A DNA stretch of 64,000 nt, taken from assembly GCA_965112155.1 (NCBI GenBank), contig OZ218112.1; one strand, written 5' to 3'. Below the pieces are notes generated by a model that saw only the letters and a program-made list of their open reading frames with translations, did not search any database and was not told the DNA's origin. Numbering within the stretch: the stretch's first letter is position 1; each line of letters starts with the position of its first letter. The position numbers and the translations under genes were made by a program. Of this stretch, positions 13,721-27,800 are shown piece by piece. The DNA is from Podarcis liolepis (Eukaryota).

Positions 13721-13968
13721 AATTATAAACTCTTTCAGTAACTAGTAGTCTGTTCCATGGAATAAGGTCATAAACAGTTCTGAAATTGTGTTAGTCCAAC
13801 TGTGGTGTCTAGCAAACATGCCTGCAAAAGAATCAATGGCTAAGAGAAAGGGACTGAGAAGGATATTCGTTGAAAAGGAAGTGAGTAACAAGGTAAGAGT
13901 TTCTTGTGCTAAACTACTGTGAATGGATTTCTGTTAAATAAGCCGTGAATATTAATACATATATTTGG

Positions 13969-14026
13969 CCATGGGGTCACGAAGAGTCGGACACGACTAA
14001 AGGACTAAACAACAACAACAACAACA
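13969..14026 (+). mobile_element. 3' terminus of an RTE-BovB LINE with (CAA)n tail
   Basis: ccatggggtcacgaagagtcggacacgactaaaggactaaacaacaacaac resembles the characteristic BovB 3' end. Confidence 0.85.
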
Positions 14027-15260
14027 AAATATTAGCAAAGCTCAGTAATTAGTTTAACTTGAAGCATCCACAGTTACCTCAAAAGAAGAAGTGTTGTTTT
14101 TATTTTTTATCATTATTCACTTCATTTCTATACTGCTTTATATTTTTAAGAAAAAAAAATCTCAAAATGGTTTACAACCTACATTAAAACATCAAAGCAA
14201 GCAAGAACAAAGCATTACAGAAGAAAGTCAATATTAAAATACACATTCAAGGCAACTAACAGAAAATTTAAATCTTATCTCAAAGATTTCAAAACAAACA
14301 TTACAAAGGAGGTCAACTACAAAATCTATATAACATTTCAAAAGAAGACATTACTAAAGGAAGTAAAATATAAAATGCACATTTAAAACAGCATAATTAT
14401 CAAGAGACTAAAATATTCACAAGCGCAGAACATATCAGCTGCTGTTGTTGCCAATCCTGCCAATGGTGGTTCATGGCGGGCAGCAGCTATGGAAGCTCAG
14501 GCTCAATGACCTGGGTCTGCCATAAGGGACACCCAATATGGATCTCTGGCGTCTTCAACAACCTCAACTTCTGTAGCTGGAGTCAATCATTGCCCCCACT
14601 CCCAGGCCAGGTGGGGAAAAGTCTGTGAACTCTTCAAAGACTCACAGCCAAGAAAATAAAAAAAAAATATTTAAGATACAAGTCTGAAAATCAAGGTGGG
14701 AGTTCACAAACTGATCTGTCTAAGAAGACTCCTAGAATGCTTCATGGGTCACCCACTTGCCACCAAGTGTGGCTTTCCTCAGTTTATCAGCTCTTTTCCA
14801 TTTATATTTTGTGAGACCAAAAGCTAAATCAACAGGGCAAGGCAAGAATAGTTAGTGCATAGCCCCAGGAAGTTGCTCAGAAGGAATGTGGTCCTCTGGT
14901 TGGGAAAGAGATGCTGCTCCTTAAATCTCTACATTTGCTTCCTGAATCAAGCACAAATTCTTTGCACTTACCCTCAAAGTCTTCTATGGCCACTTCTCCC
15001 TTATGTCTCTGTTGATACATCCTGATACACCACTACCTGTGATCTGTGCTTCTCCTTTTCCAACATCCATCCTTAATCATCCAAAGCTCTTCTGATCCCT
15101 GAAATTACTCCACCTTCTCTCGCCTGCTGGTCAGCTTGCTTGGAACTGCCTCCCAGAAGACTTAAGTGATTCCACCACTTTATTTTCTCTAAATTTCTCT
15201 AAACAGAAATACCCTTTCAGTGAAGTTTTTGGCACAATACCTATGCCTCACTAAAACCGA

Positions 15261-15445
15261 GACCCCATCTGCACTATACATTTAAAGCAGCACCATACCA
15301 CTTTAATAATACTGGGAACTGTTATGGTGCTGAGAGTTGTTGAGATACCTGTATGCCCCACAGAGAGCAACATTTCCCAGAGTATCCTGGGAAGAGAGGT
15401 TAATTCTTAAACTAATCTGAGAACTGTAGCTCTCTGAGGGGAGTG
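15261..15445. mobile_element. Palindromic MITE fragment (Harbinger-like)
   Basis: ccccatctgcactatacatttaaagcag terminus; opposite-end relatives at ~9850-9890 and ~42950-43157. Confidence 0.55.
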
Positions 15446-16783
15446 ACTAATTGTCATTGCAAGAATCACAGCCAAAATGTCATTGATGACTTATAAGGCA
15501 AATATCAATACCATCAAATCCAATTATTGATGTGCAACATAAATAGATGCAGCATGCTTTAATTCTGTTTTATTGTCATGTATGGAGATGGTGTCAATCC
15601 AAAATATGCAAGCAAGATCCATCCAACTTTCATGACCAATCTACGGCAGGATTAAAGCAATACACTACTGCCATATGACAATTAGGAAGTAACTCTTTTT
15701 CTTCCCAATTTGATGTTCAGTTTTATTTTCATCCATCTCAATTACATATCAAAAGCATTAGGTGGAGAAATAGGGAATGGGTACAGCTCAGAAGAAAACT
15801 CTTTGGCTAAATTAAAACCACTCATCCATCTAATTTGGATATAGGGGTTATGATATATTGGAGAGAAGGGTCATATTTTAGCTGTACAACACAGTAGGGT
15901 GAATCCCTGGCTCCTCCAGATAGGGTTAGGAAACACGGCTATTTGAGACCCTGCTACACTATTGACATTTCAGCTACACTCCTGAGTCTGTGGTTTTAAA
16001 CTCTGGTTATGTTTTGCTCCCTTACTCACCAGATTGCTAATTCAACTCTGATTAGAGGACCCAATTAACACTGGCGCATTGACTAGAAATTGACTAAGAA
16101 AACATGAAGGTTGATTGGACGCCCAAATTAAGAACATACAAAATCTTGAATACCAACAAACATTTTCTGCATGGGAAAAGGGCCATTATATTCACTCTCC
16201 TATCACTCCCAAGCTCATCTATGTGAATCGTCCAGAATGTGAAGTAAGAAATTTTACAGATGTCATTAAATATATATAGTTCTCTATAGTTAAAAAAAAG
16301 ACAAAAAGAAGAGGCTCTAATTAAAACATGTCTTAAAGATAAAAAGCCCTCAAAAGAATCAAAGTGGATATACTGTGTGCATCTCTGTAAGTGCATTCAC
16401 CACATTCAAATTTTCAAATAAAATAGCTAGATTTATCTCCAGTGATTATGCTGGATGCAGGCACACATTACAATATACTATGGTTTACTGTGACAAAAAT
16501 AAGGATAGACCCTCCCATTCCCGTTCTTCCTCTGGTTTGAATGTGAGAAAATTAACCACATTTTAAAGCTACAGCTGACCCCTAAAAATGGTTAATCTTA
16601 ACTATGTTTGGTTGACACCAAAGATGGAAGTAAAAGCTTCCAAATTCTTCCTTGAAGGATGTGATTGTGGGAGTAAAGAAGGAATACATGAATCTTACAA
16701 ATGTACTTAGAGGAAACTAGGCTTGTTGCCATCTCAATAATCTATGGCTTAGTGCAATGTCCAAATACAGGCATGATTTAGAA

Positions 16784-16922
16784 CAGAGATGGGAGACTTG
16801 TGGCCCTCCAGATATTGTTGGACTCCCAATGCCCATTAGCCTCAGACAGCACAGCCAAGAGTCAGAGATGATGGGAGTTGTAGCCCAATATCATCTGGAG
16901 CGCTAGAGGTTCCCCATCCCTT
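16784..16922. mobile_element. Short palindromic hAT-derived MITE (representative of an abundant old family)
   Basis: Fold-back ccagatattgttggact..cccat / gatgggagttgtagcccaatatcatctgg. Related copies at ~4975-5095, ~5130-5240, ~25530-25655, ~27455-27560, ~38630-38760, ~42160-42250. Confidence 0.7.
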
Positions 16923-18520
16923 AAGCACATTACTTTCTCTCAACTATAATTAACAAGAGTCCTTTTCCCACACATATATTCCTAACCATGTCAGGGAAAA
17001 TAAAAATAGTAGTCCCAAGGTTAAATGCTGCTTTTGTTGGTTTTTGTTGGCAAATGGACTCAGATTAATTCCATCTCAGATAAACTGGGAGGTGAGACAT
17101 CTCAACATCTCACCCTAAATTAATTAGTATGGGCTTTCAAAACATAAGCAGATATTTGATGGGAGGGAAAGTAATATAAAAATGAAGTTTTCAATGCTAC
17201 AGAAAGTTTTGTCTTTTCAATTATCTATTAAAGATGGGGGTTTTTTGTTTTTTTTTAAAGACAACTACACAAGTGTGAAATGCAATTGGATTCTTGTTGT
17301 AAAAGCCTAATAAAATACTGTGGCATTCCCTAGCCGCTGCTAATTGCAATTACGTAACATTTTCAAACACTGTCCACGAACTGATTCCTGCTTTGCCTTA
17401 ACTGCTTTAAGTTTGCACAACCAAATTCTGGACTTGACCTTTGTTGACATTGCTTGACTGGATTACACTGGATTTGAGGCTGCCTGTGTTGACCTGCCCT
17501 GAATAGCCTAGGCCTAACTATGCCTACTTCTCTTGTTAGCCTTAGATGTTTGCTGAACATAACGAAGCCCAATGTTATGGCAATCTCCATACCCTCCAAT
17601 ATTTTCCAGGGATAATATTACAATACCCCTGTTTTCAACACCTCAGATCACTGCTTGAGCCCCCACCAACGCCATGCAAAAATTGTGAGTCTGGAGGAGC
17701 TTCTTTCTAGAGCAGTTGGAGAAAGAAGCTCAATCAAGAACCACGTGTTTGAAAATACTACGCACTGCATCTAATTCAATATCATACAAAATTGTCGCAG
17801 TTACAAATACATAAAGGAATTTCCCAGGGAAACATTCTTTTGTCATATAAAGCCAGCCAAGAAAATATTTCTAACGAGTGCACATCTATTAAAAAGAATT
17901 CTCAAGGTGCTGTAATTATTATTCATTTCTAGAATTGTTTCACCATGAAGCTTTACGATTCTATGGGGATTTAATGTTTATGTATTGCGATGGTTGCGTT
18001 GACTATTAAAAAGCAATTTGGCTGACATTTTAGGTCTTTTGTTGCCAGTTTTAATTGGATTGTTCATCAAGCGTCAACTCCCCCGTTAACTGCAAAAACT
18101 ACAGGCCAACATCAGTTTATAGTAATGTCTGTTTAATGATTTTATCTTGTCGGAATGCCAACTTCAAAGGAATATATTTATGCTTTGTTTCATATGAAGA
18201 TCTATAATTAGATAATTGAAGACCAAATGCAATCATATAGTCAGATGGGACCAAAGAGGTCCTTAGGTCCAACTCCCCACCCACAACTTAGTGCAGGTTC
18301 CACAATGCAAGATGCATTTGCAGCATCTGTTACGGCACTCCAGCTTCACCCTGGGCCATGCACCAGGTTGGGAAAGGAGATATGGCCAAAACGAATTTTC
18401 CCATTTGCCTGCCCACCCTTCCTGTTACATCTCTTACTGCCACCAGGTAAAAGTGTTTGTTTTTCTACCAACCAGCCTTTCATCAACCAGTCTAGATTAA
18501 AGGTTTACAACAAAAAAATA

Positions 18521-18689
18521 CCGTATTTTTTGCACCAAAACACTCACTTTTTTCCTCCTAGAAAGTAAGGGGAAATGTCTGTGCGTGTTATGGAGGGAAT
18601 GCCTACGGGTGGCATGCCTACGGATTTTCCTCCTCTAAAAACTACGTGCGTGTTATGGTCGGGTGCGTGTTATAGAGCGAAAAATACAG
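18521..18689 (+). mobile_element. Tc1/mariner-type MITE family D copy 1 (169 bp)
   Basis: ccgtattttt...aaaaatacag termini; TA TSD; almost identical to 48936-49104. Confidence 0.9.
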
Positions 18690-21074
18690 TAGTTGTTTTC
18701 AGGGTAAGGGTTTAAGCATGAGAATAGCTGCATGCACACAGAGGCAATCCTCTGAATGGAGCAAAATTACAGTAAAATAAAAGTAAGTTAAACACAAAGC
18801 TTTCCCTCTCTAGGCACAATCCCAAAAGGTAATGATCCCACATCAGACTTGCCATATCTTACACCCTCTAACTCCGTACATGAGATCACACCTTCATCTG
18901 CTCATCTTCTGGTTCCCTAAAATACCCTCTGGTGTGTGCAAGTCCACAAATGCAAGGAAGGTAGATGGTCTTATTTTTCTGTTCTTCAGTAACAGACATT
19001 GCCTGCCTGCAACCTGAACTTTTCTCAATGGATTTTACTTGCTGCTAATTTGATGTATGGACCTCTAATGTTTAACAAGTTAACCCCATAATCCCCAAAT
19101 AAACCTATGAGAAAGATTTACTAATAACAGCCCATGTCCCTCACAGCATCCCGGGCAGATAGCTACTACTACTTAAATACATCCAGTGAGGCAGCCTCTT
19201 CCACTGTCAAACCACCACTGAACTTCTTACTTTTAATAGAATCTGCTTCCCTGGAATTTCTGCCCATTGGTTCTAGCCTTGCTCTTTAGAACAGCAGAGA
19301 ACAAGGTTGCTTCATTTTCTGCATGGGAGCCATCCAGCTATTTGAAGACCGTTCCCATCAGGGCCCATGAGGAGCAGCCACCTCAGGCAGTGGGAGCAGG
19401 AGGTGGTGCTTTTCCCTAACCTTTTATCCACACCCAGATCATCCAAATATTCCCCACAGGACTTGGCTTGCAGGCCTCTCACCGTAGTGATGCCTCTTCT
19501 TGTCTTGTATTTGTCAGACTTCCAAAGCCATATATTCAGAGCTGCCTCAAGTTAATAATTATGTGTGGTGATAACTGCAACAGTGATGTTGCTTTTTAAA
19601 TTTAGAAGCTGAAGCAGTACCTCTTAGGAGGTGTGGTACATTATTATAAAGATGGTGATACTTCTATCGAACAAGACCAGGCAGAAAGAACAAGAAGAGC
19701 TGTCTGGAAACCAAAGAACACTCTTTCCATGGAGACCTATCAAAATCCTTACTTCTTTCAGATTATGCTATAAAGATGACATTCAGATTGAAGTTTAGCA
19801 AGCTGGGTTACTGTAAAATATTATCAGGCTTTTAGTATGTTTTACTTTCTTTAAATCTATCTTTTTTTCTGTATTTCTTTTTAAAAAGGTAATCCTTTGA
19901 ATCTGTATTCTACTTTTAAAAAAATCTATTTTTAATAATCCAAAATATGCACATAACTTTGCCTTGCCATTAACTTTATCCAACATCCAATATGCATATT
20001 TAAATTTGTATAACCTTTGTATGCTAATCTGGACTAGCACCTAAAGCAGAGCTAACCTTCACAGTCAAACACACAATCTTATGGCACACGCAACAACCTG
20101 TTTATTGAGCAGTAATCCTGATTCGGTTGCACAAAGCTTTTGTGGATGTTACGACAACATAGTCTTTATTGAGCATCCAACCTGATTTGCTTGTGTGGTG
20201 TTTATACATCTTCCTATTAAATATTCATTCACCCCACTTTTCAAAGTATTTCCCTGTTACTTTCCTAACTGCAAAAAGTCAGGTGGTTTTTTTAAGTGGT
20301 TTTGTTGTGCTAGACTAATGGAGTGCTTTAATAAAATTTAATTGTGCAAACCTAAAGTTCTGGTAAAATGCTGACAACCGAGAGGTGCCCTTAGACGTTG
20401 GAGAAGTGCCACAGCAGTGCAAATGAGGTCAGGATGCATCCATTTCTTTCCCTTAAGTGGAGAGCCAGAGTTCCAACTGTCCCTTGTCACATATCTTGGC
20501 TTTTAGTCTCTTTAAAGATCCATTGAGCCTGTTATACTTTATGAATTATTTTTATGTGACATGCTGTTTCAGAATATAACGTGAAAGTGTCTTGAAAGAA
20601 CTAAGTAATTGAAAATTGATAAAACTTCTAAGATGAAAGCTTTCCCTGTGTTATTCATCAGGAAATCAATTTTAATGACTTTCATCTCTCTCTATAAACC
20701 ACATCTCCAAGATGTCCCGTTCTTCACCTGATGCTACAGTCTAGTCACTTAGGAAATATCAACTGCGTAAGTATTTTGTTTTGTTCTATAGACGATTTCT
20801 ACTTAATAGATCACTATCACAGTGCAGCATAAATACAAACAGACATTGTCTTCACTAGTGATTTTTCTCCTGTTAGCAAAAAGACAAACAACTTGTTTTT
20901 ACAGCACAGTGCATACTTCTTTTTTAAAGCTTCAATTATATAATCTTTTCATATGAATTATAAATCTACAAAGCTGCTATACATGGAATACGCTTGGAAG
21001 GGAATACATGCAAACAGTTTTTTTTTTGTTCAATCAGTAAGAGGGTTGGGACAAAGAGTAACTAGCTTCCATAT

Positions 21075-21210
21075 TGCTCCGTTGGTTAGAGCATGCTGCC
21101 GATAACACCAATGTAGCAGGTTAAATCCCCTTATGGGATGGTTACATATTCTTGCATTGCAGGAGGTTGGACTAAATGACCTTCAGAGTCCCTTCCAGCT
21201 TTATGATTCT
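21075..21210 (+). mobile_element. SINE with tRNA-Ile-like head and CR1-derived tail
   Basis: gctccgttggttagagcatgctgccgataacaccaatgtagcaggttaaatcccc resembles tRNA-Ile. Tail gcattgcaggaggttggactaaatgacc..tcccttccagctttatgattct is shared with 51102-51258. Confidence 0.72.
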
Positions 21211-21229
21211 GGAAACCCAGCCAGATGGG

Positions 21230-21377
21230 NNNNNNNNNNNNNNNNNNNNNNNNNNNNNNNNNNNNNNNNNNNNNNNNNNNNNNNNNNNNNNNNNNNNNNN
21301 NNNNNNNNNNNNNNNNNNNNNNNNNNNNNNNNNNNNNNNNNNNNNNNNNNNNNNNNNNNNNNNNNNNNNNNNNNNNN
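21230..21377. other. Assembly gap (148 N)
   Basis: Run of n characters. Confidence 0.99.
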
Positions 21378-21955
21378 ACTCAAGCCAACTAGTCCCTCTA
21401 CCAACAAACTGGCTCAGTGGTGGAGGGTGGGGTGACAGAGGGAAGGGCATCAAGGCCCTGTGGCCAGGTTTCCTGTTTCAAGCCCACCAGGACGTTACAG
21501 GAACAGGATCAGTTTTTCTGGGTGCAGAATCATGTATTATTATTTTTAAAAAAATTAATGTTTCATTATTTTATTTATTACCTTTGTACCCCATCTTTTT
21601 CTCCAAGGAGCTCAAGTTGGTATAGCTGGTTTTACCATTCAAGGCTGGCGTAAGACATTTTGGCACCTAAAGCAGATCTCAAAATGGCATTCCCCTCCCT
21701 GCCAGGGAACAAGGGCTGAGGAAAGATATACATCAGGAAGAAGGGTGGGTGGGTAGAAAGATTGACATCAGAATCTGCTGCCCCAGGGGATCTTTCCACC
21801 TGCCTGAGGCAGTTGCCTCATCTTGCCTCGTGGGTGGGCTGGCCCTGGGTGGGTTAGGCTGAGAGGCAGTGACTAGCCCATGGATTTATGATTGAGTAGG
21901 AATTTCAACCCTGGTCTCCTAGGTCCTAACCTGATATTCTAGTCATTACAGCATA

Positions 21956-22197
21956 CAGTGGTACCTCAGGTTAAGTACTTAATTCGTTCCGGAGGTCCAT
22001 TCTTAACCTGAAACTGTTCTTAACCTGAAGCACCACTTTAGCTAATGGGGCCTCCTGCTGCCGCTGCGCCACAGGAGCATGATTTCTGTTCTCATCCTGA
22101 AGCAAAGTTCTTAACCCGAGGTACTATTTCTGGGTTAGAGGAGTCTGTAACCTGAAGCGTATGTAACCTGAAGCGTATGTAACCCGAGGTACCACTG
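21956..22197 (-). mobile_element. Tigger-like MITE family A copy 2 (inverted), nested in an older SINE
   Basis: CAGTGGTACCTC TIRs; TA TSD; reverse complement of the other copies; interrupts SINE sequence ...agtcattacagcata|ctggctctc. Confidence 0.92.
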
Positions 22198-23636
22198 TAC
22201 TGGCTCTCAGGAGATTTCTTAATTTCTTTGGCTGCCAGGTCTCCATTGCATGATGCAGTACAAGCAGAGGGTCTCTTGTCATTGCACTATGAGGATAGCA
22301 TCAGAGCATTGTTCTGTATCTGTAGCACAGGATTATGTGATTTACTGTCTCTACTCACGTCAAGTGGATAGTCCTCTTATACTGGGGAGTTGGGGGTGGG
22401 AAAGAGAGAAAGCCATTTCTCCTATAAATATACAGAAGCTAAGCATCACATTGTACTGCCTTCCCAATATATAAGCATTTCTAAGGTACCGCATTGGTCC
22501 CATTTTTAGTCCTTTTTATTTCATCTAGCATTTACATTAGAAAAGATGCTAAATTATGACCACTAAGAAATTATAGCAACTATTGTAAGGGGAAGTCATG
22601 CAATACTGTTTGATTGGCAACAGAATTTGGGAAATAATAATAATAATAATACATTTTTATTTGTACCCCGCTCTCCCCAGCTGGAGCCAGGCTGAGGGTG
22701 GCTAACATCATAAAATGAACACAGTATACAAAGAACAGAAGAACATAAAAACATGCAACACACACACACACACGTCAGTTTTGCTCTGAGATCCTTCTGT
22801 ACTGTATGCTTTTTATTTTTTGCCAATTGACTGTAATAAATTGAATGACTGATAATAAATCTGATAGTCTTTTAAATAAACAAATAATATTAAGAACAGA
22901 TCCAAGAAACAGCAGATAAGCTGCTGTAGCAGATTACCACAGCTACCCATTTAGAAACTACCTGTGTATTGTTCATTTGAAGATCAACCTGGTTTTGGTT
23001 AGGTTTAATGATAATGATCACATGCCTACAGATGTCTATTTTAACCAGGTATTATTATTTTTTTGCTAAGTTGCACCTTAAATGAACAAGTTAAGATGGC
23101 CTTTGCAAATACTTTTTCAGCTGCAGAAATATTCACCCTCCCACTCCCCTGGTACAACATTCAGAAGCTGATTGAGACTACAAATAAAGTTTTATGGGAC
23201 ATGAATCACACAGGGTTTGAATATCCTACATGGTGGTGTAGCTATATTTCTTATGGAAGGCTACAGTACTTAATCATATTTTTTCCTCTGGAAATTTACT
23301 GTTTGGGGTATATAAGTATGTTTTATCCCTCAGAGGAAATAACTTTATCTGGAAATATTTCAGTCTAAAATAATAAAAGTGGAAAATCCACAATTTAAAC
23401 CACAATATACGCAGTAAAGTTTTGGGGTTTTTTCTCCTTAAACATTCAGGGAAAGGCTTTTTCAAGACCAAGTAAGAAAACTGAACAAATTTATATTTCA
23501 GAAAATGGGGTCAAAGTCTTAGGCAGCCCTAATGTAGGGCAGATAGAAGCGCAAGCACACAGCCAAAGGCATTTCAAAATGGTTTGTTGCAGATGCTCAC
23601 ACAATGGAACAGGGATGCTATCTGTAAGTCAGAAAA

Positions 23637-23810
23637 AGCATGGCTCACTGGTAGGGCACCTGCCTTGCATGCAGAAGGTCCCAGGTTTGATCCCAGCATC
23701 TTCAAGTAGAGGTGGGAGAGACCCCTGTCTGACATCTTGGAGAGATGCCGCCACTCAGGGTTACCAATACTGAGCTAAATGGACCAATGCTATAAGGCAA
23801 CTTTTTATGT
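23637..23810 (+). mobile_element. tRNA-Ala-like-headed SINE (abundant older family)
   Basis: tggctcactggtagggcacctgccttgcatgcagaaggtcccaggtttgatccc head (A/B boxes, TGC loop) and a body ending tataaggcaactttttatgt. Confidence 0.78.
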
Positions 23811-24385
23811 GGCCTGGAGGAAATCCTGGAGCCAGACAAAAAGGCCCAAAGGACTCCATTTGGCCCCTTATAAGATTAGCAATACACGTAATTATAATGT
23901 ATTGTTTTATGTAGAACCTTATACCCATATCTGACAAATGGTTGAGGAAATACAGCAAAAACAAGATTTCAATACTGAAATGAGATAATAAGTGTCCCAG
24001 AGCCAAGCAAAAGACCTTGTAAGAGTCTTGGAACAATGGACATTTTTGTGATCCAAGAATATTATTTGTTACCATGGCATGAAACATTTTGGCAGGCATC
24101 AAACATGAAATGTCATAAGCTGTCAATTTTCAAATACTAAATACCATTGAATATTATCTATCAGATGCTGTCAGAAACTAAACACTATTAAATGTCAGCT
24201 ATCAGACACAGTTAGAAAGCCCTGCATGACAAATATCAAATACCATTGGTCATATGTGGACTGAGAAGATTCTTTTTTTGGGGGGAGGCAAATATTTGGA
24301 CATACAGAAAATAGCTGAATAATTGTGGGCGGAAATTTGCAGAGGTGAATTGTAGATCTGGTGAAATTTAGCAAACTCTAAATCA

Positions 24386-24810
24386 AAATTCAAATATCTT
24401 TAATACGGTCAGTAACCAGGAAGCAATTTATAAAATATGACATTAAGAGTAGTATTGTGCTACAAGTAGCAGTAAAAATATGGCCAATTCTCAGAATTGG
24501 TGCTTATATTTATGACCAGGTTTCGAGTTTTAAGTTTTTAAAATTCAATTCAGGAGTCGCTACTGTTTATTATCGTTCTTTCGATGTTTACAGTTTGAAC
24601 TCCTTTGTAGACATCATTGCTCGTCTTATTCTTGTTGCAATGTAACAGTACTTTGCCACGGACCTGTTAATTTCGGGCTCTTTGTCAGCTAAGAGGTGTC
24701 TGATATAGGTGTCGTCTGTACTACGAGGTATTTTCCTCAGAATCGGTTCGATCAGCTCTTTTCTTGAGTCTCGATATAATGGGCAGTATAAGATGACATG
24801 CCCAATGGTT
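24386..24810 (-). mobile_element. 5'-truncated LINE, probably RTE-X-like, with the ORF2 C-terminus still open
   Basis: 11-bp TSD ACTCTAAATCA (24375-24385, 24811-24821). Minus frame 24809-24588 reads TIGHVILYCPLYRDSRKELIEPILRKIPRSTDDTYIRHLLADKEPEINRSVAKYCYIATRIRRAMMSTKEFKL* (H-x4-C-P-x-Y end of the LINE zinc knuckle). 3' end ctggttactgaccgtattaaag. Many CpGs retained. Confidence 0.82.
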
Positions 24811-27800
24811 ACTCTAAATCAGAAGTGGGGACCTCTGGCTCACAGGCCAATATTGGACTGTGACATCATTTTCTCCAAACCATACCCAGCTGATGCCACT
24901 GGGTGATGTTCGATGAGGGGCAAGGTGTGGGGTTCAATTCTGCTAGTGGCTGCTTCACCAGAACATTCCCTACAGAAAACATGCTTGCAAAGCAGACCCA
25001 AGCAGAGAGCAAGATAGAGCCTTCAGTTGGTGAGCAGAGAATTCAGTATTGCTGGGCAAAGGCGCTGGGTTCTGCCCAACCTTGGGGGTGCCCAGTGCAC
25101 ATTTGTGATGTCACGCAGCAGGACGGGACTACAAGGCCCATTGAGGTTGCGGGAACACCTTTTACACCACAGCCATAGGTAGGCCTGGTGAGGCCCGCCA
25201 CAGCGAGGTCCAATGGGGTCCATCCCCTCAAGATTGCAGGGACTCAGCCCCATCCCAATATATTGAGTGGAGGAGCTAAGGTGTCTTCAGTCCCATAATT
25301 GGTGCCTATGCTGCAGGGTGTTGCTTTGCTAGCACATTTCCTGTGGCGAACAAGCAGCCTCTCCCCACACCCCCATAGGAAAAATTTGAAGAATTATACT
25401 TGCAACAGAAGTGATGCTTACCCTACACTCCTATTACCTGGTACTAAGTGCATTTAAACCCAATGGACCTTACTTCCAGCTGGGCATGTCTAGATTTCAC
25501 TGCCAGCAAAACTTTGGTAGGTTAGCAAGCCTTGGATTGAGCAGTCCAGAGGCCTCCAGCTCCCATAAGCCCTATTCAACACAGCCAATAGTCAGGGATG
25601 GTGGGAATTGCAGTCCAAAACATCTAGAGAGCACTTGGTCAAGGGAAGGCTTGGCTAGAGTATAAAGCATTAGAGCCTTTATGCTGGAAGGGCAAATTGG
25701 ACATTGCCCTTGTAGTATGGTCTCGTTCTGTCTCAGCCTTGAAGTTCTCCCTCATAAAGCTAGAATAGTTATAGCTTTCTGATCACTCAAGAGGAAGCAT
25801 TTAAGGTGGAGGAAATGTTCTAACATCCAAACTGAGCTAAATCATGACTAATGACCACCCATGAATATTATTCTCTTATTCTATGCTGTGATAAAGAAGG
25901 AGGATGGGGAAATCAAAAGAGAGTACTTGGGGGAATAAAAACATTTGGTTTTGGTTTTTGAATATTTAAATGAGGCCTCCTAGAAAAAAACTTATCTGGG
26001 TTTTGTTTTAGCGATATATAGAGAATGTTTCTGCAGCCCTAGCACCAGCCCACAAAAGTAGAAGAGCATTCTTTGGTTAGTTCCCTGAGTACCACAACAT
26101 CTCCTCACACCTTCCACAATGTGTCTGAAACAATAATATTTTTGACCACTACCCCAGTGTCTTGCTCACTATTCCAGCGGTTCCTGGTGCCTACTTAGGG
26201 TTCATGTTTCCTTTGGAATGAGGGCAGCGGAGATGGTGGTGTCTTTATGACAGATGGTTAATTTACACATGTAAGCAACCTGAGCCTACAGTGGAGGGGT
26301 TCGCCACATTAACACCCCAAGAGGGCCTTGTTTCCCCTCATAGTCGCAGCCTTGGATTCAAACAAAAAATCATACATCATTCTATTTCTCTTGGTTCCCA
26401 GTTTGCTGCTTTCTGGCTTTCTGCTGCTTTCTGGCCCACATAATTCAACTCTCAACTCCAGCCTTTTGTCTTTCTAAATATCCAAACGTTGAAGGAGGGA
26501 GCCCCACCCATTTGTCATTTCACACAGAGCCACTTCCTTTGTCCTCCTTAATGGCTTATCACCTCACCAAGAAGCTAGCTTGGCTATTCCCAAATTATAA
26601 CAATATGTCATGGAGTAACAACATTCCAAATGTAGCATTTGGGAAGAACATGGCGGCCTGGTTGGCTGCCAGTGCTGGTGCAAATCGTGGTGCCACCTGA
26701 GCCAATTACCTAATTTTGTCCTGTGGGTGGGCTGGCCCTGGTAACTGCCAACTGTATCTATTCCCAGCTACAATTTTTATGTAAAAATTTAAAATGAATG
26801 CTGCCATACCCCACCTTTACTAGAAATGCCCTTGCCACTGCTTTTTAAATATTTCCTTAGCAAACAAAACCAACAAGGGAACATTTTTTCTGAATCCACT
26901 TTTGGCCCCCTCCCCATACCTCCTGAAATCATTGCGGGGGCGGGGGGGGGGGACTGATAGAAAGCTTTGGAACAGCACTATTTAATTGAAAGCTAGCATA
27001 AAAAGAAAATGTCCTGCTGATTCTGGGCACAGTAATCTGCCTCATTTTGTTATATGATTCTACTTGTCAGGAAACTTTTAAAGCAACAACAACAACAACA
27101 ACCCTGAAACACGGTCTTTTTAAAACATAAATATAATATTGCCTACAAAAAGTGACTTAGCCTGGATTTTCTTAACATTTGTAGGCAAATATTGTTGCCC
27201 ATTACTTTTCCCTAGCTGTTATTGTAAATCATATCCTTGGTTGCACTCATGCAGTTGCTGGCACTGGGCCTCATTCAAAGATGACAAGAGCAAAACAGCA
27301 GATAATGCCTCCAATTATAAGACATTTTTAAAAATGGTAGATTAAAGTAAATTCCCTTTACTCCAATCTGCACTGTTATCTCCCAGCTTTATGGCTGTCC
27401 TCTGATGGCTTTGACAGGATATATTTGTATCACTATCAGGGCAACTAGAACAGCAACCTTTGCCAACCAGGTGCCATCCATATGCTTTCAAACTGCAACT
27501 CCTGTCTTGGCTGGGATGATGGGAATTGTAGCCCAACACATCTGGAGGGTACTTGGTTAGTTGAAGCTGAATAAGAGTGACAAATCATGGCAAACACAAA
27601 TTTCCTCTGATCCAGCAAGGAAGATCTGTGTCTTGAAGTCACTATTTATGCATTCAGCTTTGCAGATTCTGGGAAAGGCTTCATGCATACAACCATAGGC
27701 ACAGAGACTACCTTGCTACAGGTGTTCACACTGTATGTAAAGATATCGAGGAAGGTGCTCACAACACTTGGCACAGCCTGAATGATTACGTGGTCCTGTA

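Noticed and set aside
14489-14520. atggaagctcaggct resembles the MEAQA of the short mammalian TENM1 exon
   Set aside because: Wrong strand, and followed immediately by a stop.
21133-21625. Long ORFs spanning X runs
   Set aside because: Artefacts of the N gap.
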